Shown here: piece by piece, positions 8,824 to 16,888 of the stretch | Position numbering within the stretch: position 1 is the first letter of the stretch | Layout: every line of letters begins with the position of its first letter | Source: an uncultured Candidatus Binatia bacterium | GTDB taxonomy: Bacteria > Desulfobacterota > Binatia > UBA9968 > JAJDTQ01 | Length of the DNA stretch: 64,000 bases | Assembly (NCBI GenBank): GCA_964291295.2 | Contig: OZ219754.1 | Span: forward strand, 2,903,319 to 2,967,318 | Direction of reading: 5' to 3' | Made by a program: the position numbers and the translations under genes | The notes under the pieces: model-generated | Told to the model about the DNA's origin: nothing | Seen by the model: the letters and a program-made list of their open reading frames with translations, nothing else | Databases searched by the model: none

Positions 8824-9282
8824 CTAGAGCTTGTCCAATTCGGCCAGCAGCTCCGAGTTGTCCGGGATACCGCCCTCGTAAATCCTGGAGTAGCGCACGC
8901 TCCCCTGCTTGTCGATGATGAAGACGGCCCTCTTGGGAAATCCCTGGGGGCGCAGGCAGTCGTACTGCTCGCAGACCGCCCCATGGGGAAAGAAGTCCGA
9001 CAGCATCGGAAAGGTGATGCCGCCCATCTGCTCCGCGAACACCTTGTGTGCAAACACCGAATCCACACTCACGCTCAGAACCTGAGCGTCTTTGGCTTCG
9101 AAGCTGGCCTTGTCAGCCTCGAAGTTGCTCAATTCCTGCTTTCAGCCGCCGGTGAAGTCCAGCGGATAGAACGCCAACACGACGTTCTTCCTGCCCGCAT
9201 AATCGCTCAGGGACACCTTTTCGTCCCGGGACACCGGCAGGCTGAAGTCCGGGGCCTTTTCTCCCACTTCTGGCATTGCCAT
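8824..9282 (-). CDS. Peroxiredoxin (AhpE-like 1-Cys type) with in-frame TGA at the peroxidatic Cys position; putative selenocysteine protein
   Basis: ATG 9282 has AGGAG 8 nt upstream. The frame reads [49 protein letters not shown](9144..9142)[56 protein letters not shown]...ELDKL. It is a single frame of 152 codons with no other interruption. The ORF track shows only the part after the TGA (8824..9132). Confidence 0.75.
9096..9124 (-). promoter_or_regulatory. SECIS-like mRNA hairpin downstream of the in-frame UGA
   Basis: On the mRNA, 17 nt after the UGA: CUUCGAGGCU-GACAAGGCC-AGCUUCGAAG. This is a 10-bp stem (one G-U) with a 9-nt loop starting with G and containing GG. The loop G is 28 nt after the UGA. 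Confidence 0.55.
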
Positions 9283-9337
9283 CAAACGATCTCCTTTCCA
9301 GGTTTCAGATTTTCCAACGCGTCACGGGGTACAGTGC

Positions 9338-9904
9338 CTAACATACTTTTCCCGCCTCATAAAGGCGTTCGAAGTCCCGCAGCGCTTCCACCGTACTGGG
9401 AAAGGCGAGTTGGTCCCAAGGAATCAGCGCAAGCGGAAAGGCCTCCGCCTCGGTACTCTCGTCCCCGGCCGCGAGGGCTCCGCCCACCACCTCCGCCCGG
9501 TAGACGATGATCACGTTGGGCGACCTCGGATACGAATAGACCCCCAGGAGCGAACGCGCCACCACCTCCAGATTGCTCTCCTCCCGGGTTTCGCGGACCG
9601 CCGCCTCGGTAGTGCTCTCTCCCCGGTCCACGTAGCCGCCGGGAAAGACCCACTTCCCCATGGCCGGCTCGATGCCGCGGCGCACCAGCACCACGCCGCC
9701 CTCCAGCATGCAGATGGTGCCGGCCACCACCTTGGGGTCCTGGTAGAAGATGAAAGAACAGCACTCGCACACCAGCCGCCCGGGCTCATGGCTCTTGACC
9801 ACCCGTTGCACCAGCAACCCGCCGCAACGGGGGCAGAAGCGGTAGCCGCCGCCCCCCGGCGCGTGGTGGTGCTGATGGTGGTGCTGATGGTGGGCTGCCA
9901 TCAA
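9338..9904 (-). CDS. NUDIX hydrolase with N-terminal His-rich tail and zinc ribbon
   Basis: MMAAHHQHHHQHHHAPGGGG, then CPRCGG...CECCSF, then the NUDIX box GGYVDRGESTTEAAVRETREESNLEV. Confidence 0.85.
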   Translation of the reverse strand: MMAAHHQHHHQHHHAPGGGGYRFCPRCGGLLVQRVVKSHEPGRLVCECCSFIFYQDPKVVAGTICMLEGGVVLVRRGIEPAMGKWVFPGGYVDRGESTTEAAVRETREESNLEVVARSLLGVYSYPRSPNVIIVYRAEVVGGALAAGDESTEAEAFPLALIPWDQLAFPSTVEALRDFERLYEAGKVC

Positions 9905-10653
9905 CCGCCCTGCTCCGCTGGGAGGTCCACCGTCCGTCTGAGCCGTGCCACCTCTCCCCGGGTCAAGGGGCGTATCTCACCCCGGCCCAGATGACCCAGG
10001 GCAATGGGGCCGAAGTGGCTTCTGACGAGCCGTTCCACAGTGTGGCCCACCGCTTCCACCATCCTGCGGACCTCCCGGTTCCGGCCTTCCCCCAGTTCGA
10101 CCCGCAGCCACACCTTCTGCTTCAACCGCCGCAGGACCGCCACCTCCGCCGGCCGCGTCACCCCCTCCGGCAGCCTCACCCCCCGGCGCAGTCGATCCAG
10201 TTGCGCATCCGAGGGCATCCCGCTCAACTTGACCTCGTAGGTCTTGCGGACTCCGTAACGGGGATGGGTCAGGCGGTGGGCCACGTCACCGTCGTTGGTC
10301 AGCAGCAACAGACCCGCCGTGGCGAAATCCAGCCGGCCCGCGGGAACGACACCCGGCGGATGATTCCCCGCGCGCAGGTAGTCGGCCACCGAGGGACGAC
10401 CCTCCGTGTCCCGCATGGTGGTGATGACGCCGGTGGGCTTGTGGAACGCGAGATAGACCCGGGATGCCGCAGCCTGCACCAGCCGCCCGTTGACGCGAAT
10501 GCTGTCCCGAGCGGCATCGGCGCGGCTCCCCAGTTCCTGGACGCGACGGCCGTTGACCGTCACGCGGCCCTGGACAATCCAGTGCTCCGCCTGGCGGCGC
10601 GAAGCCAGTCCGGCCTGGGCGATGATCCGTTGAAGGCGTTCGGTGTGCGTCAA
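9901..10653 (-). CDS. rluB: Pseudouridine synthase, RluB/RsuA family (S4 domain + catalytic GRLD motif)
   Basis: RLQRIIAQAGLASRRQAEHWIVQGRVTVNG (S4) and AGRLDFATAGLLLLTNDG. There is a 4-nt overlap with the downstream NUDIX gene. Confidence 0.85.
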   Translation of the reverse strand: MTHTERLQRIIAQAGLASRRQAEHWIVQGRVTVNGRRVQELGSRADAARDSIRVNGRLVQAAASRVYLAFHKPTGVITTMRDTEGRPSVADYLRAGNHPPGVVPAGRLDFATAGLLLLTNDGDVAHRLTHPRYGVRKTYEVKLSGMPSDAQLDRLRRGVRLPEGVTRPAEVAVLRRLKQKVWLRVELGEGRNREVRRMVEAVGHTVERLVRSHFGPIALGHLGRGEIRPLTRGEVARLRRTVDLPAEQGG

Positions 10654-11270
10654 TCCGGCTTCTCCTCGCGGTTGACGGTGTCGCCTCGTTCCGGACCGGC
10701 ATCCGGACGAGCCTCGGCGTCGGACGGATCGGTCTCACTCGGCGCCTGGGTCATCGCTTCCATCTCCCGCAGCGTCGGCAGGCTTTCCAGATCCTTGAGG
10801 TCGAAGGCCTCGAGGAAGTCGCGGGTGGTGCCGTAGAGAAAGGGTTTGCCGGCCACGTCCTTGCGGGCCACGATCCGTATCATGCGCCGCTCCAGCAGCG
10901 TGGAAACCACGCCGTCCACATTGACGCCACGGATTTCCTCGATCTCCGCCCGGGTCACGGGCTGGCGGTACGCGATGATGGCGAGGGTTTCCAGATTCGC
11001 CCGGCTCATGCGCGCGGGGCGCACCGCGGTAAGGCGGCGCACGAATTCCGCATGCTCGCGGGGCGTCCTCAACTGGTAGCCGTTGGCCACCTCCGCAAGG
11101 CGCAGGCCCCGTCCCGTGCGCTCGTACTCCTGCTGCAATGCGCGCAGGGCGTCGGTGACGTCCTTGCGTGGTATCTCGCCCACCGCGCTCCTCAGACGTT
11201 CCGCCGACACCGGGCCGTCCGCCGCCAGCAGGAGACTCTCGAGGATCGGCTCAAGGCGTTCACGCTCCAT
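10650..11270 (-). CDS. scpB: Segregation and condensation protein B
   Basis: LEPILESLLLAADGPVSAERL...LAEVANGYQLRT...SRANLETLAIIAYRQPVTRAEIEEIRGV. Canonical position after scpA. Confidence 0.9.
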   Translation of the reverse strand: MERERLEPILESLLLAADGPVSAERLRSAVGEIPRKDVTDALRALQQEYERTGRGLRLAEVANGYQLRTPREHAEFVRRLTAVRPARMSRANLETLAIIAYRQPVTRAEIEEIRGVNVDGVVSTLLERRMIRIVARKDVAGKPFLYGTTRDFLEAFDLKDLESLPTLREMEAMTQAPSETDPSDAEARPDAGPERGDTVNREEKPD

Positions 11271-12033
11271 GGCGGCCCTCCGGCGAATCCACCATCATGG
11301 CCGCGTTGGCTTCGGACAGCGACAGCGTGGGCTCCATGACGATGGGACCCATGCGCTCCTCCTGAAATGCATGCACCGCGCGAATCCTGATGAGTTCCAG
11401 CAGCGCCAGGAACGTGACCACCACCTCCATTCTCGAGCGCGTCGCATCGAACAGGTCATGAAACCGCACGGACGACTTGCGGTGCAATTCGTCCAGGATG
11501 CGGGTCATGCGCTCCCGCACCGACACCGTCTCCTGCACCACCGTGTGCACGGACGGCCCCGGAACCCTCTCCAGCACCCGCTGCAAGGCCGACATCAGAT
11601 CGAACACCGAAAGCTGCTCGAAACTCACATCCGTGGCCCGCTCGGGACGGTTGCGACGGACGAACACGTCCCGGTTCAGAATCTCCCGCTCCTCCAGATC
11701 CCTGGCCGCGTTCTTGAAACGCTCGTACTCCAGCAGGCGGCGGACCAGCTCCTCCCGGGTGTCGCCGGCCTCCTCGCCATCCTCCTCCTCCTCGTCTTCT
11801 TCGTCGGGAGGCAGCAGCGTCCTTGACTTGATGTGCAGCAGGGTCGCGGCCATGACCAGATACTCGCCGGAAACGTCCAGGTTGAGGCCCTGCATCAACT
11901 CCAGGGTTTCGAGGTACTGTTCGGTGATGGTGGCGATGGGAATGTCGGCGATGCCGAGCTCGTTCTTCCTGATCAGATGGAGCAACAGGTCCAGCGGACC
12001 TTCGTAGATCTTCAGTTGAACGTGGAGTGCCAT
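11260..12033 (-). CDS. scpA: Segregation and condensation protein A
   Basis: ORF 11260..12828 trimmed to ATG 12033 (MALHVQLKIYEGPLDLLLHLIRKNELGIADIPIATITEQYLE). The upstream extension overlaps trpS and is Arg/Gly/Pro junk. Confidence 0.9.
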   Translation of the reverse strand: MALHVQLKIYEGPLDLLLHLIRKNELGIADIPIATITEQYLETLELMQGLNLDVSGEYLVMAATLLHIKSRTLLPPDEEDEEEEDGEEAGDTREELVRRLLEYERFKNAARDLEEREILNRDVFVRRNRPERATDVSFEQLSVFDLMSALQRVLERVPGPSVHTVVQETVSVRERMTRILDELHRKSSVRFHDLFDATRSRMEVVVTFLALLELIRIRAVHAFQEERMGPIVMEPTLSLSEANAAMMVDSPEGRHGA

Positions 12034-12044
12034 GCCGAAGGAGA

Positions 12045-13022
12045 CTACAGCGTCAACGCCGACCGCACCTCGCGCATGGTTGCCGCCGCCTGTTCGCCGG
12101 CCACCCGGTTGCCCTGGGCGAGGATGTCCCGTATCTCGTCCGGCCTGCGGTCGTAGTACGCCTTCCTTTCCCGGAACGGGGCAAGGTCGTCGACGACGTG
12201 CCGAATCATCACCTTCTTGCAGTCCAGGCAGCCGATGCCGGCGCTGCGGCATCCGTCGGACACCTCCCGGATCTCTTCCGGAGTGCAATAGATCTTGTGC
12301 AGGCTGAAGGCCGGACACTTCTCCGGCTCGCCCGGGTCGGTCCTCCGGGCGCGCGCCGGGTCCGTCACCATGCGACTCAGCTTGCGGTCGATGGTCTCCG
12401 GGGAATCCGACAACAGCACGGAGTTGCCGTAGCTCTTGCTCATCTTGCGTCCATCCACGCCCGGCAGCCGCCGGGTCTCCGTGAGCAGCGCCTCGGGTTC
12501 GGGGAACACCGGTCCGTAGAAGCCGTTGAAGCGCCGGACGATCTCCCGGGTCAACTCCACGTGGGGCACCTGGTCCACGCCCACGGGAACCCGGTGGGCC
12601 TTGTACATGATGATGTCCGCCGCCTGCAGCACCGGATAGCCGAGAAAGCCGTAGGTGGAGAGATCGCGCTCCTTCAATTCGCGCAACTGCTCCTTGTAGG
12701 TCGGGTTCCGCTCCAGCCAGGAAACCGGCGTCAGCATGGACAGCAGCAGGTGAAGTTCGGCGTGCTCCTTGATGTCGGATTGCCGGAAGATCGTGCACCG
12801 CGCCGGGTCGAGGCCGACGCTGAGCCACTCCGCCACCATGGCGCCGGTGCCTTCCGAAATGCCGTCCGGAGACGGGTAGTCGGTGGTCAGGGCATGCCAG
12901 TCGGCGACGAAGAAGAAACAGCGGTAGTCCTGCTGCAGTGCGACCCAGTTGCGCAGCGCCCCGTGGAGGTGGCCCAAGTGAAGCAGCCCGGTGGGACGCG
13001 CCCCGCTTACGATGGTTTCCAT
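12045..13022 (-). CDS. trpS: Tryptophan--tRNA ligase
   Basis: ORF 12045..13220 trimmed to ATG 13022 (METIVSGARPTGLLHLGHLHGAL...). HLGH and KMSKS (GRKMSKSYGN) class I motifs. ATG 13109 is an alternative start. Confidence 0.9.
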   Translation of the reverse strand: METIVSGARPTGLLHLGHLHGALRNWVALQQDYRCFFFVADWHALTTDYPSPDGISEGTGAMVAEWLSVGLDPARCTIFRQSDIKEHAELHLLLSMLTPVSWLERNPTYKEQLRELKERDLSTYGFLGYPVLQAADIIMYKAHRVPVGVDQVPHVELTREIVRRFNGFYGPVFPEPEALLTETRRLPGVDGRKMSKSYGNSVLLSDSPETIDRKLSRMVTDPARARRTDPGEPEKCPAFSLHKIYCTPEEIREVSDGCRSAGIGCLDCKKVMIRHVVDDLAPFRERKAYYDRRPDEIRDILAQGNRVAGEQAAATMREVRSALTL

Positions 13023-13317
13023 GGCATCGATCCTGTCGTCATCCGCCGAAACCGGCTTGGCACGGCGCGCCCCGCCGAAGGGCCCGTTGCTGAAAGCGTA
13101 TGGCCGCATGGCCACCGGAAAGGATGGCCCTCGGAACCGGGAATGCCCCGATGGACCGTTGCCGCGGGAACACTTGAGGCACGGAACTTTCTTAAGTGAC
13201 GCACTCCGAAAACACAACACGACGCTCCCTGGTCCGCGCCCGCCCGGATTCCCGCGGGAACGGCGCGCGAACAGCGCTCCGGAGGGCTACGGACAGCGGG
13301 GCCGGGGTGCCGGCGTG

Positions 13318-14235
13318 TCAACGCCTGTCACCGGGCGTCTCCCGTGGATGGAACTGCCGGTGGACCTGCTTGACGCGGCTTCGGCTCACGTGCGTGTAGA
13401 TCTGGGTGGTGGCGATGTCGGCATGCCCCAGCATCGACTGAACCGCGCGCAGGTCCGCCCCTCCCTCCAGCAGGTGGGTGGCGAAGGAATGGCGCAGGGT
13501 GTGCGGCGTGACACGGTGCGGCAATCCGGCCCGGCGGGCGTATCCGCGCAACAGCTTCCAGAATCCCTGGCGCGTGAGCGGCCCGCCGGAACGCGTGAGG
13601 AACACATGATCGCTGTAACCGCGGGTCAGGAAGCGCGGGCGCACCTCCCGCAGATACCGCTGCAGCCGGTCCCGCGCCCAACGGCCGAAGGGAACCAGCC
13701 GGACCTTGGCTCCCTTGCCCCGGACCGTCAGATAGTTGCCCTCCAGATCCACCTGCTGCAGCTTGAGGGACACCAGTTCCGAGACCCGCAGTCCGCTGCC
13801 GTACAGCAACTCCAGCATCGCGCGGTCCCGGGCCCCCAGCGGTTTCGCCTCGTCGGGTTGATCCAGCAGTACGCGCATCTCCTCGCTGCCGAGGGTCTCG
13901 GGCAGGCGGCCCGTGGTGCCCCGGACCGAAAACTCGGGCACCGGATCGCTCGCGATCATCTCCTCCTTGAGCAGGAAGCGATAGAACCGGCGCATGCTGC
14001 CCAACAGGCGCACGACGGACCGTTCGCTCAGCCGTTGCGCCCGGAGATGGGAGATGTAGGCGCGCAGGTCCGACGCGGCGGCCTCGCCCCAGGCGCGGAC
14101 CTCCCGGGCGGAAAGGAACTCGGCCAGCCGGTTCAGGTCACGGCTGTAGGCCTCCAGGGTGTTGGCCCGCAAACCGCGTTCGACAACCAGCGTCTCAAGG
14201 AAGAGGTCAACCGGCCGCGTCATCTCGTCCGTCAT
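13318..14235 (-). CDS. xerD: Tyrosine recombinase XerD/XerC (chromosome dimer resolution type)
   Basis: C-terminal RHSFATHLLEGGADLRAVQSMLGHADIATTQIYTHVSRSRVKQVHRQFHPRE. Start set at ATG 14235 (GGAG 9 nt upstream); ATG 14265 and 14223 are alternatives. Confidence 0.85.
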   Translation of the reverse strand: MTDEMTRPVDLFLETLVVERGLRANTLEAYSRDLNRLAEFLSAREVRAWGEAAASDLRAYISHLRAQRLSERSVVRLLGSMRRFYRFLLKEEMIASDPVPEFSVRGTTGRLPETLGSEEMRVLLDQPDEAKPLGARDRAMLELLYGSGLRVSELVSLKLQQVDLEGNYLTVRGKGAKVRLVPFGRWARDRLQRYLREVRPRFLTRGYSDHVFLTRSGGPLTRQGFWKLLRGYARRAGLPHRVTPHTLRHSFATHLLEGGADLRAVQSMLGHADIATTQIYTHVSRSRVKQVHRQFHPRETPGDRR

Positions 14236-16888
14236 CTTTCGGCTCCAATTCGCGATGGAGGCCATCGCTCAAGGCCTTGAGGCGCCCGCTGTCGAATACC
14301 TTCCCGCCCTCCTCGTCGGCGACATAGAAGACGTCCGCCACCCGGTCGACGTCGGTGGATATCTTGGCCAGATGAATGGCGAAGCCCAGTCTCGAGAGCA
14401 GGTAGGTGATGGTGAAGAGAACCCCCGGCCGATCCTGGGCGTAGACCTCGACCACGGTGAAGTCATCCGACGCGGCATTGTCCCAGCGAACATGGACGGA
14501 CGCCTTCGGTGCGGGCCTGCGCCACCACGAAGGCCGTGACCGACCCACCCGCTCGGCCACATCCACCTTGCCCTTCAGAACCTGTTCCAGCAAGAGCTCC
14601 ATGCGCGACCACTTCCCCGCATTCATGACCACCTCGGCCCTGCCCTGATGCGAGATCCGGAAGACGTCGAGAATGAGTCCGTCCCCGCGGGTATTGATGC
14701 GCGCGCTCAGCACGTTGAGTTCCATGGCGGCGAAGACGCCGGCGATGGCGGCGAACAGGCCGGGTTGGTCGCGCGCGCAGATGGCGACCTCGCTGTGACC
14801 ATGCTCGGGACGATGGCGCACCGCCGCCAGAAACGGCTCGTCACGGAGACGCCGCAACAGGCAGTAATGAAGCGGCATGTCTTCCTCCGGGGTGGTGAGG
14901 AAGTAGCGTTTGGGCATGGCTTCGACAAAATCCCGCCGCACCTCGCCGGCGGGATGCGCCGCACCGAGCTGCGCCAGCAGCCTCTCCTGTATGCGGCGCA
15001 CTTTCAGATCCTGGTCCGGCCTCGTGTACTCACCCTTTTCGCGCTCTTCCAGAACCTCCAGCGTATGGTTGAAGAGTTCTTCCAGCAACGACCCCTTCCA
15101 ATTATTCCACACGTCGGGCCCTACCGCCTTCATGTCCGCGTAGGTCAGGACGTAGAGGGACTTGAGGTTTTCCGCCGTACCCATGGTGCCGGCCAGGTCC
15201 AGCACGGTCTTTTCGTCCCGGATGTCGCGGCGAAAGGCCGTGCCGGTAAGCGACAGATGGTGGAGCACGAGAAAAGCCAGCCGTTCCCGCTCGTCGACGT
15301 TGAGGCCCATGCGCCCGGCCACCTGCAGCGCCAGGACACGTCCCAACTCCGAGTGGCCGCCGCCCTGACCCTTGCCGATGTCGTGGAAGAGGATGCCCAG
15401 GATCACGATCTCCGGCCGTTCCACCTCCCGGGCCAGCTGTGACAGACGCGGCAGCGAGTCCTCGAACTCTCCCGACCGCAGGCGCTCGAACTCCCTGACC
15501 GCCCGCATCAGATGCTGGTCCACCGTGTAGATGTGGTACAGATCGTGCAGCGCCATGCAGTGGACCCGGCCGAACTCCGGTATCAGGGCGTCCAGCACCC
15601 CGGCGCGATGCATCTCCTGCAGGGTCTCGTATATCCATTGGTTGCCGCGCAGGATGTCGAGGAACCCGCGGTTGGCCGCGGCCGATTCCGCCAGGCTACC
15701 CGCCAGGGTCTCGACCCAGGATCGGACCACCTCCCGGGAGTCCTCCCCCAGGTGCAGCCGGTGCTCCTGCAGGTCGGCAAAGAGAGCCAGGAGTTCCTCG
15801 GGACGACCGCGCATGCCGGGGGCCACCGCCAGGGCCCGGCCGGTGATGCGCACGCCGGGGCGCCCGGGCCGGGGCCGGGAGGGATCATGCTCCACCGCGC
15901 GGTGGATGACCAGCGACGACAGCCGGCTGACCTCCTGCGCGTGCCGGTAATAGGCGCGCATGAAGGTCTCCACCTGGCTCAACGGCCCCTCCGCGTCGAA
16001 ACCCAGCCCCCGCGCCGCCTGCTCCTGGGACTCGAAGGTCAGCCGGTCCTGATGCCGGCCCGCCAGGAAATGGAGCTCGTTGCGCGTGCGCCAGAGAAAG
16101 TCCCGCCCCCGTTCCAGGGCCGCCGTGTCCCGGGGCTCCAGCAGCCCCGTCCGCGGCAGGTCCGGGAGTCGGACGGCGCCGCACTTGGCCCGGGCGACCC
16201 ACATGGCCGCATGGATGTCGCGGAGACCCCCCTGCCCCTCCTTGACATCGGGTTCCAGCAGGAAGACGGACTCGCCGTGGCGCCGGTGCCGCTGACCGCG
16301 TTCGCTGACCTTGGCCGCCACGAACCGGTCGCGGCCGCTTCCGCCCAGCTGCCGCCGCACCACCTGCTCCAGTTCCGCAAACAACTCCCTGTCGCCGCAG
16401 AGGTAACGCGCGTCCATCAGGGCGGTGCGGACAACCGGGTCGCGCCGGGCGTGGCGCGCGCACTCCGGCACCGTGCGGGTGGCGTGGCCCACGGTCAGAC
16501 CCGCGTCCCACAGCGGATAGAGCAGGCGCCGGGCGACGAGCTCCACATGAGAGGCGGCCCGCCTGCCGTAAAGGAACAGAAGGTCGATGTCCGACCAGGG
16601 ATTGAGCTCCCCGCGTCCGTAGCCTCCCTGGGCCACCACCGCGCAGCGTCCCGGCGTTGGCCCGGCTTCTCGCTCCGCCGCCTCGAACAGGCACCGCAAG
16701 ACGCTATCGATCATCCCGCCGTGCGCCCGCACCACCGCCGCTCCCGACGCTCCGGAGCGATGGGACTCCAGCAGCAGCCGGCGCCCTTGGTGGAGAAAGG
16801 CGCGGACACCCTCTGCCGGAGGCGCACCCCGGACCTGCGCGTCCGCGAACTCGCACCAGAGCGCGTCCCCTAGCGCGGTTCCTTGCAT
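14207..16888 (-). CDS. glnD: [Protein-PII] uridylyltransferase / uridylyl-removing enzyme
   Basis: ORF 14207..17167 trimmed to ATG 16888 (MQGTALG..., GGAGG SD). NTase GGYGRGELNPWSDIDLLFLY, HD domain LGILFHDIGKG, two C-terminal ACT domains. Confidence 0.9.
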   Translation of the reverse strand: MQGTALGDALWCEFADAQVRGAPPAEGVRAFLHQGRRLLLESHRSGASGAAVVRAHGGMIDSVLRCLFEAAEREAGPTPGRCAVVAQGGYGRGELNPWSDIDLLFLYGRRAASHVELVARRLLYPLWDAGLTVGHATRTVPECARHARRDPVVRTALMDARYLCGDRELFAELEQVVRRQLGGSGRDRFVAAKVSERGQRHRRHGESVFLLEPDVKEGQGGLRDIHAAMWVARAKCGAVRLPDLPRTGLLEPRDTAALERGRDFLWRTRNELHFLAGRHQDRLTFESQEQAARGLGFDAEGPLSQVETFMRAYYRHAQEVSRLSSLVIHRAVEHDPSRPRPGRPGVRITGRALAVAPGMRGRPEELLALFADLQEHRLHLGEDSREVVRSWVETLAGSLAESAAANRGFLDILRGNQWIYETLQEMHRAGVLDALIPEFGRVHCMALHDLYHIYTVDQHLMRAVREFERLRSGEFEDSLPRLSQLAREVERPEIVILGILFHDIGKGQGGGHSELGRVLALQVAGRMGLNVDERERLAFLVLHHLSLTGTAFRRDIRDEKTVLDLAGTMGTAENLKSLYVLTYADMKAVGPDVWNNWKGSLLEELFNHTLEVLEEREKGEYTRPDQDLKVRRIQERLLAQLGAAHPAGEVRRDFVEAMPKRYFLTTPEEDMPLHYCLLRRLRDEPFLAAVRHRPEHGHSEVAICARDQPGLFAAIAGVFAAMELNVLSARINTRGDGLILDVFRISHQGRAEVVMNAGKWSRMELLLEQVLKGKVDVAERVGRSRPSWWRRPAPKASVHVRWDNAASDDFTVVEVYAQDRPGVLFTITYLLSRLGFAIHLAKISTDVDRVADVFYVADEEGGKVFDSGRLKALSDGLHRELEPKDDGRDDAAG

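Noticed and set aside
8824-9132. Stand-alone 102-aa ORF or truncated peroxiredoxin pseudogene
   Set aside because: It starts at a TTG in the middle of the thioredoxin fold. The upstream in-frame sequence supplies the missing half, with only a TGA at the catalytic position, so the Sec-recoding reading is preferred. A pseudogene remains the fallback.
12034-12828. Long N-terminal extensions of track ORFs (this scpA example; also 14207..17167, 18043..21198, 34884..36167, 35954..37276, 38603..40504, 42276..43871, 44117..45736, 56684..58897)
   Set aside because: The extensions overlap the upstream gene in another frame and are Arg/Gly/Pro-rich. They precede internal ATGs that match the conserved N-termini of the families, often with an SD or an ATGA coupling overlap.
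13318-14265. Tyrosine recombinase as a marker of an integrated mobile element
   Set aside because: The sequence has the XerD-type C-terminus. It is flanked and overlapped by housekeeping genes (glnD, trpS), with no att-like repeats, tRNA or phage/IS genes nearby.
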